Below are positions 20,706-30,560 of a stretch of 64,000 nt of DNA, piece after piece. A program made the translations under genes and the position numbers. This stretch comes from Microbacteriaceae bacterium. GTDB taxonomy: Bacteria > Actinomycetota > Actinomycetes > Actinomycetales > Microbacteriaceae. The notes beneath the pieces are model-generated. The model searched no databases, was not told the origin of the DNA, and saw only the letters and a program-made list of their open reading frames with translations. The first letter of the stretch is position 1. Each line of letters begins with the position of its first letter. Where the stretch lies: positions 379 to 64,378 of the forward strand of contig JAVLCC010000005.1 in NCBI GenBank assembly GCA_031580995.1. Reading direction: 5' to 3'.

Positions 20706-21947
20706 TTGAAAGGCTTCAGCGCTCTACTAAAAGTTCCAGGTGTTCTAAGAATCGTTCTCTCGCAGTTATACGCGAGACTTCCCGGAGGCATGCTTAGCCT
20801 CGGGCTCATAATTTATGTTGAAAGAATCACAGAGTCTTATGCGATTGCGGGTATAACCGTTGGTGCTGCAACACTAGGAATCAGTGTCGCCCAACCCGCT
20901 CTCTCTAGGTGGATGGCTGTTTTTGGCATTCGGATGGTTTTGGGATTAACCAGTTTTCTAAACGTGGTGATTGTGATTTCCATGGCCTTTGTTCCGCCAG
21001 AGCCTGCCTGGTTAGTCTTTTTGGGATTAATGATTGGACTCACCCAACCACCGATTCAAACAGCCGCTAGAACCATCTATCCGCAAATGACTCCCAAAAA
21101 ATTACTCGGAAGATTATTTAGCTTAGATGCCACAGCGCAAGAAATTATCTGGGTGGTGGGGCCTGTGGTGATCACCCTGATTGCTGCCCAGTTTGGCTCA
21201 CTGCCGATTTTGATAACCATTGCAACCATTCAGGCGACTGGTTCGATTTGGTTTATTTGGAATAAAGAAGTCGGCCAAACCAAGATTCCAAGAACCACCG
21301 ATGCCTATGGAAAGGTTTTGAAAAACCGGGTTGTGTCAATCATGACCTTCATGGGGCTCTTATTCATCGGTTCTTTTGCAGGTCTGGAAGTTGGATCGGT
21401 GGCAATGTTTGATGAGGCCATTGCAGGGCTACTGATTGCTGTTTTCTCAGTCGGGAGTGTTTTGGGTGGTGTGTTCATTGGTGGCAGGGCAAATTCAAAA
21501 TATTCACTGAGTCTTCTGATTGGGCTTGTGCTAGTTGGTTTCTCAATGGTGTTGATAGCCCCAGATAATGCCTACTGGGTTGGTCTATCGCTGTTCATTG
21601 CAGGAATCGGTGTTGCACCAACGCTTGGCATCATGGCACTGACAATTTCAGGTGGAACAAAACCCAATGAAATAGCGGAAGCCTATGGTTGGCAAACAAC
21701 CGGGCAGTTAGTTGGAATCAGTATTGGAAGTGCGCTAGCGGGAATTGCCGTTGACATCATCGGCCCGGTGGCAGCGTTTGCAGTGAGTGTGTTTTTTGGA
21801 ATTGGAACACTAATGGCTGCATTGCTCGCCATTCGCTACCTGCCAACACCGAGTGATATCACCTCACCAGAGACTGGGCCGATTGCTGTCGTTGAGCAAT
21901 CGGGAAGTGAAACCGACAACAACGACTTGAATAATCCCAGGGAGTGA
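20706..21947 (+). CDS. MFS transporter
   Basis: 413 aa with about 12 TM helices and MFS-like loop composition. Substrate unknown. Confidence 0.7.
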   Translation: MKGFSALLKVPGVLRIVLSQLYARLPGGMLSLGLIIYVERITESYAIAGITVGAATLGISVAQPALSRWMAVFGIRMVLGLTSFLNVVIVISMAFVPPEPAWLVFLGLMIGLTQPPIQTAARTIYPQMTPKKLLGRLFSLDATAQEIIWVVGPVVITLIAAQFGSLPILITIATIQATGSIWFIWNKEVGQTKIPRTTDAYGKVLKNRVVSIMTFMGLLFIGSFAGLEVGSVAMFDEAIAGLLIAVFSVGSVLGGVFIGGRANSKYSLSLLIGLVLVGFSMVLIAPDNAYWVGLSLFIAGIGVAPTLGIMALTISGGTKPNEIAEAYGWQTTGQLVGISIGSALAGIAVDIIGPVAAFAVSVFFGIGTLMAALLAIRYLPTPSDITSPETGPIAVVEQSGSETDNNDLNNPRE

Positions 21948-22843
21948 TTATGAAGGTATTGATATCAGGAGCCAGTGGTCTAGTCGGGACTGAGCTAAAA
22001 AAACAACTTGAGGCAAGAGGCGATACAGCTTTGAGTCTTGTCAGAAGAAAGCCCACTAAGGACAACGAAGTTGAGTTTTATCCCGAGAAAGGCTTTATCC
22101 AAGAGGGCATCATGGAGGATGTTGATGCAGTTGTGAATTTGGGTGGGGCTCCAACGGGTCGAGTCCCATGGGGCAAAAATTACAAAAAAGAATTAATTGA
22201 TTCAAGACTAAAAACAACTAAGACCCTGGTTGATGCAATCAATTCAGCAAAAAAGCCACCGGAGGTATTAGTTTCTGGTTCCGCTGAGGGAATCTATGGT
22301 GATCGCGGTGATGAATTGCTGAGTGAAGAAAGTGGCAAAGGAGAGGGCTTTCTATCTGATCTCGCCTACGAGTGGGAAGAAGAAGCCAAAAAGGCTAATA
22401 ACCGCGTGGTGCTGATTCGAACCACACTGGTGATGAGCCAAAAAGGTGGAGCGCTTGGAAGATTGATTCCACTAATCAAAGCCTTTATTGGAGGACCGTT
22501 TGGAACTGGTAAGCAGTGGCAAGCATGGATCTCAGTGGTGGATGAGGCAAGAGCAATCATTCATCTGATTGAGAATAAAAAAACAGAAGGTGCTTATAAC
22601 TTGGCAGCCCCCCAACACGCCACCACAGCAGATCTAATCAAGGCAGTCGCCAAGGCATTTAATCGTCCCTCCTGGCTAAGAGTTCCAGGCTGGGCGATGA
22701 AGTTATTGCTTGGTGAGGCTGCCGAGGAATTGTTGCTTGGTAGCAAAAAAATGTCCGCTGATAAATTGCTAGCAACAGGATTTGAATTCAGTCATCCTGA
22801 TTTGGAATCTGCATCCAATTACGTTGCTGGGAAAACTAGCTAA
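21944..22843 (+). CDS. TIGR01777/YfcH-type atypical SDR (NAD-dependent epimerase fold with DUF1731-like C-terminus)
   Basis: 299 aa. N-terminal Rossmann motif KVLISGASGLVGTEL, and the motif GTGKQWQAWISVVD typical of this family. Confidence 0.75.
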   Translation: MIMKVLISGASGLVGTELKKQLEARGDTALSLVRRKPTKDNEVEFYPEKGFIQEGIMEDVDAVVNLGGAPTGRVPWGKNYKKELIDSRLKTTKTLVDAINSAKKPPEVLVSGSAEGIYGDRGDELLSEESGKGEGFLSDLAYEWEEEAKKANNRVVLIRTTLVMSQKGGALGRLIPLIKAFIGGPFGTGKQWQAWISVVDEARAIIHLIENKKTEGAYNLAAPQHATTADLIKAVAKAFNRPSWLRVPGWAMKLLLGEAAEELLLGSKKMSADKLLATGFEFSHPDLESASNYVAGKTS

Positions 22844-23387
22844 CTCGACGCCTTTTCATAATTTCGTCAATTGATGATTTTGACTTGGGCATCTCAATGA
22901 CATTCTCCGTTGATGCTGGTTTTGGCTCGGGTTTTTCAATCAACGGTTTGGGGAGTGGGTTTGGTGTCCACCCGGCTGGTTTTTGCTGAGTCGCTTTTCT
23001 TAGCTGTGGGCGTTTCAATAGCCCCTCCAGCACAATCTCGATTTCTTTTTTTGCCTTCATCGAAAGCCCCATTGAGCCAAGGCTTAGGGCTAGGGAGAAA
23101 ACACCCGCGAACAACCATGAAAATGATGAAGCGATTGAAACGAAACTAAAAACTGCAATGAGTAAAAACACTGCAAAGAACAAAGCGGTTATTACTCGAG
23201 TTTTTTGAAGCCTGCTTAGTTGTGTGGCCAAGGAATTCGGGACTGTGTTTCGCTCTACCATTTTTGGCATGCGCCTCTCCAGCTCTACAAACTCTCTGGA
23301 GGTTGACCAACTGGGGATGAAAAACACCAGCCACAAGATAGCTATCGCCATCAGCATGACGCCACTTATTCCAGCTGGAAACTCCAT
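22836..23387 (-). CDS. Hypothetical membrane protein (3 TM helices, Pro/Lys-rich C-terminal tail)
   Basis: 183 aa ORF with hydrophobic segments. I recognise no family. Confidence 0.5.
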   Translation of the reverse strand: MEFPAGISGVMLMAIAILWLVFFIPSWSTSREFVELERRMPKMVERNTVPNSLATQLSRLQKTRVITALFFAVFLLIAVFSFVSIASSFSWLFAGVFSLALSLGSMGLSMKAKKEIEIVLEGLLKRPQLRKATQQKPAGWTPNPLPKPLIEKPEPKPASTENVIEMPKSKSSIDEIMKRRRVS

Positions 23388-23443
23388 ACCATAAAGTTAT
23401 GGCTGAAGGTTAGCTAGCCCTGTGATATCGCTCGGAGTGTTGC

Positions 23444-24019
23444 CTATCTGGAAAACTTGGTGAGTAGCCCACCTTTGGCTTCTTCTCGAGTGATTGCAAA
23501 TATCTCGTGGTCTCGCCAATCACCATCGATATGAATAAAGCGAAGCTTTGTTCCCTCATGTCGAAAACCCAGTTTCTCGACAATCCTCAGACTCGCTTTG
23601 TTTTCAGGCCGGATGGCAATTTCTGCTCGATGCAGACCCAATCTCATAAACATGTAATCAACAATCATCGCAACTGAGGCGGGGGTTATTCCCTTTCCGG
23701 CGTGTTTCTCACTGATCCAATAACCAACTGAGCCAGAGGAAACCGATCCATACAAAATGTTGGCGACGTTTAGCTGACCAATAATTTTTCCCTGGTATTC
23801 GATGACGGCTGCAATAGCGCTACCTTCCCTGTGCTGTCTCAGAAGGCTTCTGACCATTCCCTTGACATCCAGCTGTTTTGACCCTCCGGGGACAGTCGCT
23901 TCCCAACGCTCCAGCCAATCTCTCTCAGATTGCAAGATCTCTTCTAATTCTCGCCAATCACGCAATCTGATCGGGCGCACCGCAATATCTCCAAAAACTA
24001 GTTTGAACGAGTGCTCCAT
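23444..24019 (-). CDS. GNAT N-acetyltransferase (RimJ/RimL-like)
   Basis: 191 aa. Contains GYWISEKHAGKGITP and LGLHRAEIAIRPENKASLRIVEKLGF, the acetyl-CoA binding region typical of RimJ-like GNATs. Confidence 0.8.
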   Translation of the reverse strand: MEHSFKLVFGDIAVRPIRLRDWRELEEILQSERDWLERWEATVPGGSKQLDVKGMVRSLLRQHREGSAIAAVIEYQGKIIGQLNVANILYGSVSSGSVGYWISEKHAGKGITPASVAMIVDYMFMRLGLHRAEIAIRPENKASLRIVEKLGFRHEGTKLRFIHIDGDWRDHEIFAITREEAKGGLLTKFSR

Positions 24020-24037
24020 GCTGGCAAGATTAGTAGC

Positions 24038-24565
24038 ATGTCTGCAATCGAGGACGAGAAACAGGCAATTCGAAAACAGTTATTGGCGGAGAGGCTTCAA
24101 AAACCAAGGCCTGCAGATTTCTCACTTTTCGCATTGGAGCTGTTGGAATCAACAACCGGTTTGGTTGCCAGTTACTGGTCAACCGAAACTGAACCCAGCA
24201 CGGAAAAAATCAACACTCACCTAGAAAAACAAAACCGATTGGTGCTTCCAGCAATTAGTGGTTCGAGTTTGATTTGGACAATCCCCGAACGGCTTATCCC
24301 TTCAAATTTTGGAATCATGTCACCAGTTGGAAAAGCAGTTTCTTTGGACGAAATTTCGCTGGTGCTAGCGCCCGCTCTGGCGGTTTCTGCATCGGGTAGC
24401 AGACTTGGAAAAGGTGGTGGATATTACGATCGAGCCCTGCAGAGCTATTCAGGGGATGTCTTTCCGCTCATTTTCGAATCAGAATTCTTAGAACACTTAC
24501 CCACAGCTGATCATGACAAAAAAGTTCATGGGGTCATCACTGAAAACGGCTTGCAGGTTTTCTAG
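24038..24565 (+). CDS. 5-formyltetrahydrofolate cyclo-ligase
   Basis: Contains GSRLGKGGGYYDR, the family signature. The ATG at 24038 (MSAIEDEK) avoids a head-to-head overlap with the GNAT gene. The track start is 24011, so the start remains uncertain. Confidence 0.8.
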   Translation: MSAIEDEKQAIRKQLLAERLQKPRPADFSLFALELLESTTGLVASYWSTETEPSTEKINTHLEKQNRLVLPAISGSSLIWTIPERLIPSNFGIMSPVGKAVSLDEISLVLAPALAVSASGSRLGKGGGYYDRALQSYSGDVFPLIFESEFLEHLPTADHDKKVHGVITENGLQVF

Positions 24566-27500
24566 CCCCAGTGAGGTGGCTTATTTTCTAAAAGATCTTG
24601 ATCGTTACTGTCAAATAAAGACTGGCTCGGTGTTTCTGATGCTGAGCCGATAACCCCCAGTGAATCGGCCAAGCGCTTAGCGACATTATCCGGTTCACTG
24701 AAAAGTTCAAATACATGCACCCTTCGGTATTCAAACCCATATTGTGACCAGAGCTTTCTTGCTCCTTTGAGATAAAGCCTCCAGTCACGATTCATAATTT
24801 GCCAGTCGGCATCTATTAGTGCCACCTTGTCTTTATAGACAGCCAGCATGCTGATCTCTGAGCTTGGGTTTTCAATTATTCGAACACCTCTTTTTCGCAA
24901 CCTGGTTGATAAATCACTCAAAAGCGGGTCCTCGCTTTGTTTATATCCCACCGAAGTTGATTGGTGATCTAGCAGATTACGCAAATGAGCAATCTCTGCG
25001 GATTTGTTATTGGAGGGAAGATCCTCTGAAGAGATACAGCTGATAACAGTCATTTGTTTTCTTGCAGCGGCAATCAGATTTGCAAGGTTGGTTCCACTGG
25101 CTTCACCGCTGAGGTCTCCAAAATTGAGTTTCACTCGGCCCTCGGGGGTTAGTGCAAATCCCAAGGAGAAAATCACTCGGTCGCTAACCCGGTGATTTAG
25201 CTCTGCCAAAGAACTCACCACCAGCTGCTCTCTGCCGTGGCTTTGCATAAACTCACTCAGCTCTGGAGAGGTTTTTGACTCGCTGGCCAGGGTCTTCGCG
25301 ATTCTTTCTGCATGCACCTTTGAAGCACTTGCAATTGTGAGTGACATTTCTGGATTGGACCTGGCGTGAGAGATCACCTTTTGAACCACGCCTCGAAGCT
25401 CTCCATCAGCGGATTCAGTGGCACCTTCAATTGTCGAGGTGGCTCGATTGTCTTGCGCGATGTGAACAAATTCGAAGTTGGGCTTTTCTAGTACTTGGTT
25501 GGCAGTCAAACCCAATTGCAACCTTTCCCCATAAAACTCTTTATTCAAATACTCCCCCAGCACCTGACCTTCGGGGCGATAGCTTCTGTTGATTTCTGTT
25601 TTTCCAAAAGAATCTGAAGCGTAATCAAAAAAGCTCTGACGGGTGGTGGAATCGGGTGAGGTTGATAAAGCGATGGTGCTGAAATCCATCGCGGATGCAA
25701 TTGCTGGATCACCAAACACGACCAACTGCTCGGCACGAGTAAGACTTGGGATTATTTCGCTAACCCCGCTACTGGCAGCGTCCATCACAATGCAAACATC
25801 AAATTTCTCTTGGTCCAGAATTCTTGAATTCAATTCCAATGGCGAGCAACCGATGACTGAACTAATTGCTGGCCAGACGGTTTCTGCTTGAGCGGCAATT
25901 GTTTTCAGAGAAGATTCTCGTTGCCTAAGCATTTGCTTGAGTCTCTCGGCATGCTCTGAATTTCCTAGAGCCAGTTTCCAATTTGTGGCTTGTTTCTGAT
26001 TTATCTTTTTTGAGCCTGCATCTATTAGTTCTTGGTTGGCATTTTCATAGTCCTGCTCCAAGGACGCGATTCGAGAAGCATCAAATTCCAGAATCTTTTG
26101 GTTTTCACCCACCACTGCCTCAAAAGCTGACTGCCACCAACTGAGTTGGAATTCATTTTCCAATCGCTCACTATCCGGCTTGATATCGGTGAGCTGATTG
26201 GAAAGTTGTGTTAGCCCGGCGGATTCAAGCTGTGCGGAAATTTCTTTTCTTTGCAAGTAACCATCGAGAATCTCTGTTTGCTGGCTCAAATCTGCAAGTT
26301 TTTTCTGCAGTGAACCAAACTCGAGCCTGCTCAGCAATTCAAAGTCCGGATCAGGGTTTAGATGTTTTTGAATACCAGTTATTCGATCTGCAACACGCTC
26401 AAACACATTTTGAACACCAGCTAAACCGGTGGGGACAGTGGGTGGAGCCTTGGTGTCTGCCAACTCATACCAAAGCTCTCTTTGTTTCTGAGCTTCAACA
26501 AGAGCGTTGTGTAGATTCCCAACCTGAGCTGATGGCCTTAGGTAATCTTTGGCGAGTTTTTTAAACCTTCTTCTTTGAGCACCGCTCATCTCTTTGCGGT
26601 CTTTGCGATTAGATGTCGCAGTGATTAGATCTCCCAGTGGTCGGTCATAAATATCTGGATTGAACTTATCCAAGGTTTCTCTGATACCCACCAGAAGCTT
26701 CACCTGCACAGACCAGTCCTCAACGGTGTTTGCTTTTTTGAGATTTAGATTTGAAAGATATTCTTCAAGCTGATTGATGGCCATTTGTAAATCACCATCC
26801 AGCAACTCATTCACAGCACCCAGGGCACTGTCTATCTCCTCTTGTTTTTCAAACCTTGCGCCAAACCAGGGTGTGTCATCCACTCCATAGCTAAACAGGC
26901 CAGCCTCGTTGGCTTGTTTGAGTAATTGCTTGGCATTCTCTGAATCCTTTAGTTGAACCAGTAAGTGCTCAGGGAATCTAGCGGAATTGGTGGGGGCTGA
27001 ATCTTTGGAACTGAGATTGCTGAGTTGATCAATGCAGTCAATTAGTGAAACACCCAGCTGTTGATGAGGCTGATTCAATAGGTGGAAATACTGCTGCAAG
27101 CTCTCTTCGGATTCAGATAATTTTTTCTCAGTCGCTTCAAAATCCACTGGTTCCGATTTTTCAAAACGTGAGATGGAGGAAATGATATCCAGCCAACTGT
27201 TATGCGCTCTAAGCATCAATCCTTGCAAGTTTGCCTGATTGAGCCTCTCTGATAACTCATCCAAGGTCTGCCTTCTATTGGCAACAACCAAAACTCTTTT
27301 ATCTTTATCAATCAGTGTGGACAAGGTGTTCACCACAAGCTGCGTATATCCACAACCCGGTAGTGTCTCCACCACAACATCGCTACCTGCGGCAATCGAT
27401 GACAAAATCTGTAGTTGATTCTGATCTGCGGGCATTGCCAGAAGCGGAAGCTCGGGTTTATTGGTTCTACCTTCAGCGGCGACTAATCTTTTTAGAAGAT

Positions 27501-28128
27501 CAGTCTCCTCAAAACTCTTAGAGAGTCTGAGCTCACTAAGTTGTGGGGTGAAGTTACCAATAACCAGTGATCTGTCTATCTCCGCTTTTGTCTCAGCAAG
27601 AATCTCACTAAAGCGATCTAGGAATCTGACAGGAAGCAGGTCTCCTTGTTTTCTAGCTAGCCTCAAAAGCTCCAGTTTGGATGGCACGATGCCAATAGTT
27701 TGCAGATAACCCATTAGTTCCGGGTTCAACATTGGATCCTCGGAAATGGTTATTTGATAATCGTCACTTTTTTCGCCAATTTCAACAGGCCATAAAAGCA
27801 GTGGAAAGTTTTTCTCATCACCCGAAAACCTTGCAATTCCAGCGGATAAGAAGCAGGAGTTCAAACCAAAATCACGAAGCAGATAGTCAGATTTGTCTTT
27901 GATTCTGCGCATTGCCGAATTGGACCTACCCTGAGTGATTCCATCTCGAATCAGGTTTGATATCCGAGTGGTCCTGGATGCAACCAACTGAGCCAATCCA
28001 GAGGGGTGAGCGCGAGTTAGATCAACGTGTGAAAAAGAGGAGAGTTCAAAACTGGCCAATGGGTTTCTGCCACCCAATTCGGCAAACTCCTCCTGCCACC
28101 TCTGCCACTGCTGAAAGATTTCACTCAC
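24562..28128 (-). CDS. Large DUF4011-like / SF1 (Upf1-like) helicase-fold protein with nuclease-fold-like C-terminus; catalytic motifs appear degenerate
   Basis: Uninterrupted 1188 aa ORF. The N-terminus (GGRNPLASFELSSFSHVDL...PLLLWPVEI) resembles DUF4011. The segment at the P-loop position reads VVVETLPGCGYTQ, the motif II position reads CIVMDAASSG, followed by VVFGDPAI and NRSYRPEGQVLGEYLNKEFYGERL. Confidence 0.6.
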   Translation of the reverse strand: MSEIFQQWQRWQEEFAELGGRNPLASFELSSFSHVDLTRAHPSGLAQLVASRTTRISNLIRDGITQGRSNSAMRRIKDKSDYLLRDFGLNSCFLSAGIARFSGDEKNFPLLLWPVEIGEKSDDYQITISEDPMLNPELMGYLQTIGIVPSKLELLRLARKQGDLLPVRFLDRFSEILAETKAEIDRSLVIGNFTPQLSELRLSKSFEETDLLKRLVAAEGRTNKPELPLLAMPADQNQLQILSSIAAGSDVVVETLPGCGYTQLVVNTLSTLIDKDKRVLVVANRRQTLDELSERLNQANLQGLMLRAHNSWLDIISSISRFEKSEPVDFEATEKKLSESEESLQQYFHLLNQPHQQLGVSLIDCIDQLSNLSSKDSAPTNSARFPEHLLVQLKDSENAKQLLKQANEAGLFSYGVDDTPWFGARFEKQEEIDSALGAVNELLDGDLQMAINQLEEYLSNLNLKKANTVEDWSVQVKLLVGIRETLDKFNPDIYDRPLGDLITATSNRKDRKEMSGAQRRRFKKLAKDYLRPSAQVGNLHNALVEAQKQRELWYELADTKAPPTVPTGLAGVQNVFERVADRITGIQKHLNPDPDFELLSRLEFGSLQKKLADLSQQTEILDGYLQRKEISAQLESAGLTQLSNQLTDIKPDSERLENEFQLSWWQSAFEAVVGENQKILEFDASRIASLEQDYENANQELIDAGSKKINQKQATNWKLALGNSEHAERLKQMLRQRESSLKTIAAQAETVWPAISSVIGCSPLELNSRILDQEKFDVCIVMDAASSGVSEIIPSLTRAEQLVVFGDPAIASAMDFSTIALSTSPDSTTRQSFFDYASDSFGKTEINRSYRPEGQVLGEYLNKEFYGERLQLGLTANQVLEKPNFEFVHIAQDNRATSTIEGATESADGELRGVVQKVISHARSNPEMSLTIASASKVHAERIAKTLASESKTSPELSEFMQSHGREQLVVSSLAELNHRVSDRVIFSLGFALTPEGRVKLNFGDLSGEASGTNLANLIAAARKQMTVISCISSEDLPSNNKSAEIAHLRNLLDHQSTSVGYKQSEDPLLSDLSTRLRKRGVRIIENPSSEISMLAVYKDKVALIDADWQIMNRDWRLYLKGARKLWSQYGFEYRRVHVFELFSEPDNVAKRLADSLGVIGSASETPSQSLFDSNDQDLLENKPPHWG

Positions 28129-28255
28129 ATCGGCATCTTAGCCAGAGAGCCCCCCGCCATCGCTGAGGCTTGCCTGTCTTTGGTTGAGTGCGAACCGACT
28201 CTGATTTGTCCGCTATTGGCAATAGATTGCGGGAAACGGGTAATCTAGGGCCTGC

Positions 28256-28331
28256 GGCCTCGTAGCTCAGTGGATAGAGCAACGGTTTCCTAAACCGTGT
28301 GTCGGAAGTTCGATTCTTCTCGGGGCCACCA
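28256..28331 (+). tRNA. tRNA-Arg (anticodon CCT), CCA encoded
   Basis: Hand-folded cloverleaf. Acceptor stem GGCCTCG/CGGGGCC (one G-U pair), D arm GCTC-AGTGGATA-GAGC, anticodon loop TTCCTAA, T loop TTCGATT, ending ACCA. Confidence 0.9.
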
Positions 28332-28425
28332 ATATGCCGCTAAAACTGCGATAACCCGCTAAGCTGAAAGCCTTATCAGACTCTCTGTCGAGTCGAATTC
28401 CCAATAACAGGCTTGGAGCCATTTT

Positions 28426-29958
28426 TTGTTAGTCGAAAAAGTACGTTCGTTTTTTGTTTCCCCCGATCCCCGCTATCGCCCAAGACCATCGGTCCGCGAA
28501 GCACTGAGTAACCCCCGACTTCTACTCAGGGAATCACTTGCAGGTTTAGTAGTCGCGATTGCACTTATCCCAGAGGCAATTGCCTTTTCAATCCTTGCCG
28601 GAGTGGACCCCAGGGTTGGTTTATTTGCAAGTTTCATAATGGCCATAACCACCTCAATTTTGGGCGGTAGGCCAGCCATGATTTCTGCAGCAACCGCAGC
28701 AACAGCGATCATCATCGCTCCTGTTGCAAGAGAGTATGGAATTGAATATTTCTTAGCGACAGTGATTTTGGCTGGGGTGTTTCAGCTAATTCTTGGCTTT
28801 GCAGGTGCCGCGAAGCTTATGAGGTTCATACCCCGAAGTGTGATGATTGGTTTTGTAAACTCCCTCGCCATTTTGATCTTCATGGCTCAATTGCCACACC
28901 TGATTGATGTCCCGATAGCTGTTTATCCGCTGGTAGCCCTCGGGATTCTGATCATGGTTTTACTACCCAGAATCACAAAAGTTATCCCTGCACCTCTGGT
29001 TGCAATTGTTTTGGTGATGGGCGCTGTTTTAGTTTCAGGAATCAATGTGCCAACCGTTGGCGATGAGGGTGAACTTCCCAAATCTCTGCCGGAGCTATTG
29101 ACCCCGAATGTGCCACTAACTGTTGAGACATTCAACATCATCGCTCCATTTGCTCTGGCAATGGCACTGGTTGGATTATTGGAGTCATTGATGACAGCCA
29201 AGTTAGTTGATGAGATAACCGATTCTCACTCCCAAAAAACTCGTGAGTCATTAGCTCAGGGAGTCGGCAATGTCATCAGCGGTTTCTTTGGTGGCATGGG
29301 TGGTTGCGCAATGATCGGCCAGACCATGATCAACGTGAAAGCCAGTGGGGCAAGAACCCGAATATCGACATTTCTGGCAGGAGTGTTTTTATTGATCCTG
29401 GTGGTAACACTTGGGGACATTGTTCAAACAATCCCAATGGCAGCGCTAGTGGCCGTGATGATCATGGTCAGTGTTGCAACTTTCAATTTCCACTCGGTGT
29501 CGATTCCAACTTTGAAGCGCATGCCAAAAAGCGAGACCCTGGTGATGCTCACAACAACGGCAGTTGTTGTTTGGACACATAACCTAGCAATCGGGGTAAT
29601 AGTTGGAGTGATTGTTGCCATGGTCGCCTTTGCAAGGCGGGTTGCCCACTTCGCTAACGTCACCAGAACTGTTGGTGGGGCAGATGACATTGAAGCCGTT
29701 TACTACACGGTCGAAGGTGAATTGTTCTTCGCTAGTAGCAATGACCTAACAACCCAGTTTGAATACACTGACGACCCAGCAAATGTCATCATCGATGTCT
29801 CTGGTTCGCATATCTGGGATGCCTCAACGGTGGCAGCCTTGGACACCATCATCACCAAATATGAAGGTTTAGGCAAAGAGGTTTACCTAAAGGGCATGAA
29901 CCAAGCTAGTGAGAAGTTGCATGCAAAGCTTGCCGGCAACATGGGTGGGGATATCTAG
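28426..29958 (+). CDS. SulP-family anion transporter with C-terminal STAS domain
   Basis: 510 aa with a multi-TM core ([23 protein letters not shown]) and a STAS-like C-terminus ([15 protein letters not shown]...[19 protein letters not shown]). TTG start per the track. Confidence 0.85.
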   Translation: MLVEKVRSFFVSPDPRYRPRPSVREALSNPRLLLRESLAGLVVAIALIPEAIAFSILAGVDPRVGLFASFIMAITTSILGGRPAMISAATAATAIIIAPVAREYGIEYFLATVILAGVFQLILGFAGAAKLMRFIPRSVMIGFVNSLAILIFMAQLPHLIDVPIAVYPLVALGILIMVLLPRITKVIPAPLVAIVLVMGAVLVSGINVPTVGDEGELPKSLPELLTPNVPLTVETFNIIAPFALAMALVGLLESLMTAKLVDEITDSHSQKTRESLAQGVGNVISGFFGGMGGCAMIGQTMINVKASGARTRISTFLAGVFLLILVVTLGDIVQTIPMAALVAVMIMVSVATFNFHSVSIPTLKRMPKSETLVMLTTTAVVVWTHNLAIGVIVGVIVAMVAFARRVAHFANVTRTVGGADDIEAVYYTVEGELFFASSNDLTTQFEYTDDPANVIIDVSGSHIWDASTVAALDTIITKYEGLGKEVYLKGMNQASEKLHAKLAGNMGGDI

Positions 29959-30058
29959 TCCACTCGGTCAGCCTTTACACATCTTGGCAACCTATGCTCA
30001 TAGAGCAGACCCGGTAGCTAATCAAGCAACCCAATCAAGGTCTGCCTAAAGGAAAAAA

Positions 30059-30517
30059 ATGACCGATTCAAATAACTCAACTTCCAATGACATTGTTGCA
30101 GTAGCAACAGAAAACGGAAGTTTTGGAACACTAGTCGCCGCTGTTAAAGCAGCCGGCCTAGTTGAAACACTTCAGGGCGATGGCCCATTCACCGTTTTTG
30201 CACCAACTGACGATGCCTTCAAAGCACTCCCAGCTGGTTTGGTTGACGCTTTGTTGAAAGATGAAAACAAAGAGACTCTTGCCAAGATCTTGACCTACCA
30301 CGTAGTGGGTTCAAAAGTTGAGGCGAAAGATGTCGCAGCAGGAGATGTTGCAACAGTAGAAGGCTCAATGATTAGCGTCACTGTCGGAGACAGCGTAAAG
30401 CTAAACGATTCAGCAACCGTTACTGCAACTGATGTTCAGGCATCAAATGGCGTGATTCACGTTATAGATGCAGTTTTGGTTCCAGCAGATGTTGACCCAG
30501 CAGCACTTATTTCCTAA
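30059..30517 (+). CDS. Fasciclin (FAS1) domain protein, no obvious signal peptide
   Basis: 152 aa. Contains [19 protein letters not shown] and [13 protein letters not shown], which are the FAS1 H1/H2/YH motifs. Confidence 0.85.
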   Translation: MTDSNNSTSNDIVAVATENGSFGTLVAAVKAAGLVETLQGDGPFTVFAPTDDAFKALPAGLVDALLKDENKETLAKILTYHVVGSKVEAKDVAAGDVATVEGSMISVTVGDSVKLNDSATVTATDVQASNGVIHVIDAVLVPADVDPAALIS

Positions 30518-30528
30518 TAGAAATATTC

Positions 30529-30558
30529 AAAGGCCAATGGTGAAAGCCATTGGCCTTT
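30529..30558. terminator. Bidirectional intrinsic terminator between convergent fasciclin and DUF418 genes
   Basis: Perfect 12-bp stem AAAGGCCAATGG / CCATTGGCCTTT with loop TGAAAG, flanked by A- and T-rich sequence. Confidence 0.8.
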
Positions 30559-30560
30559 AT

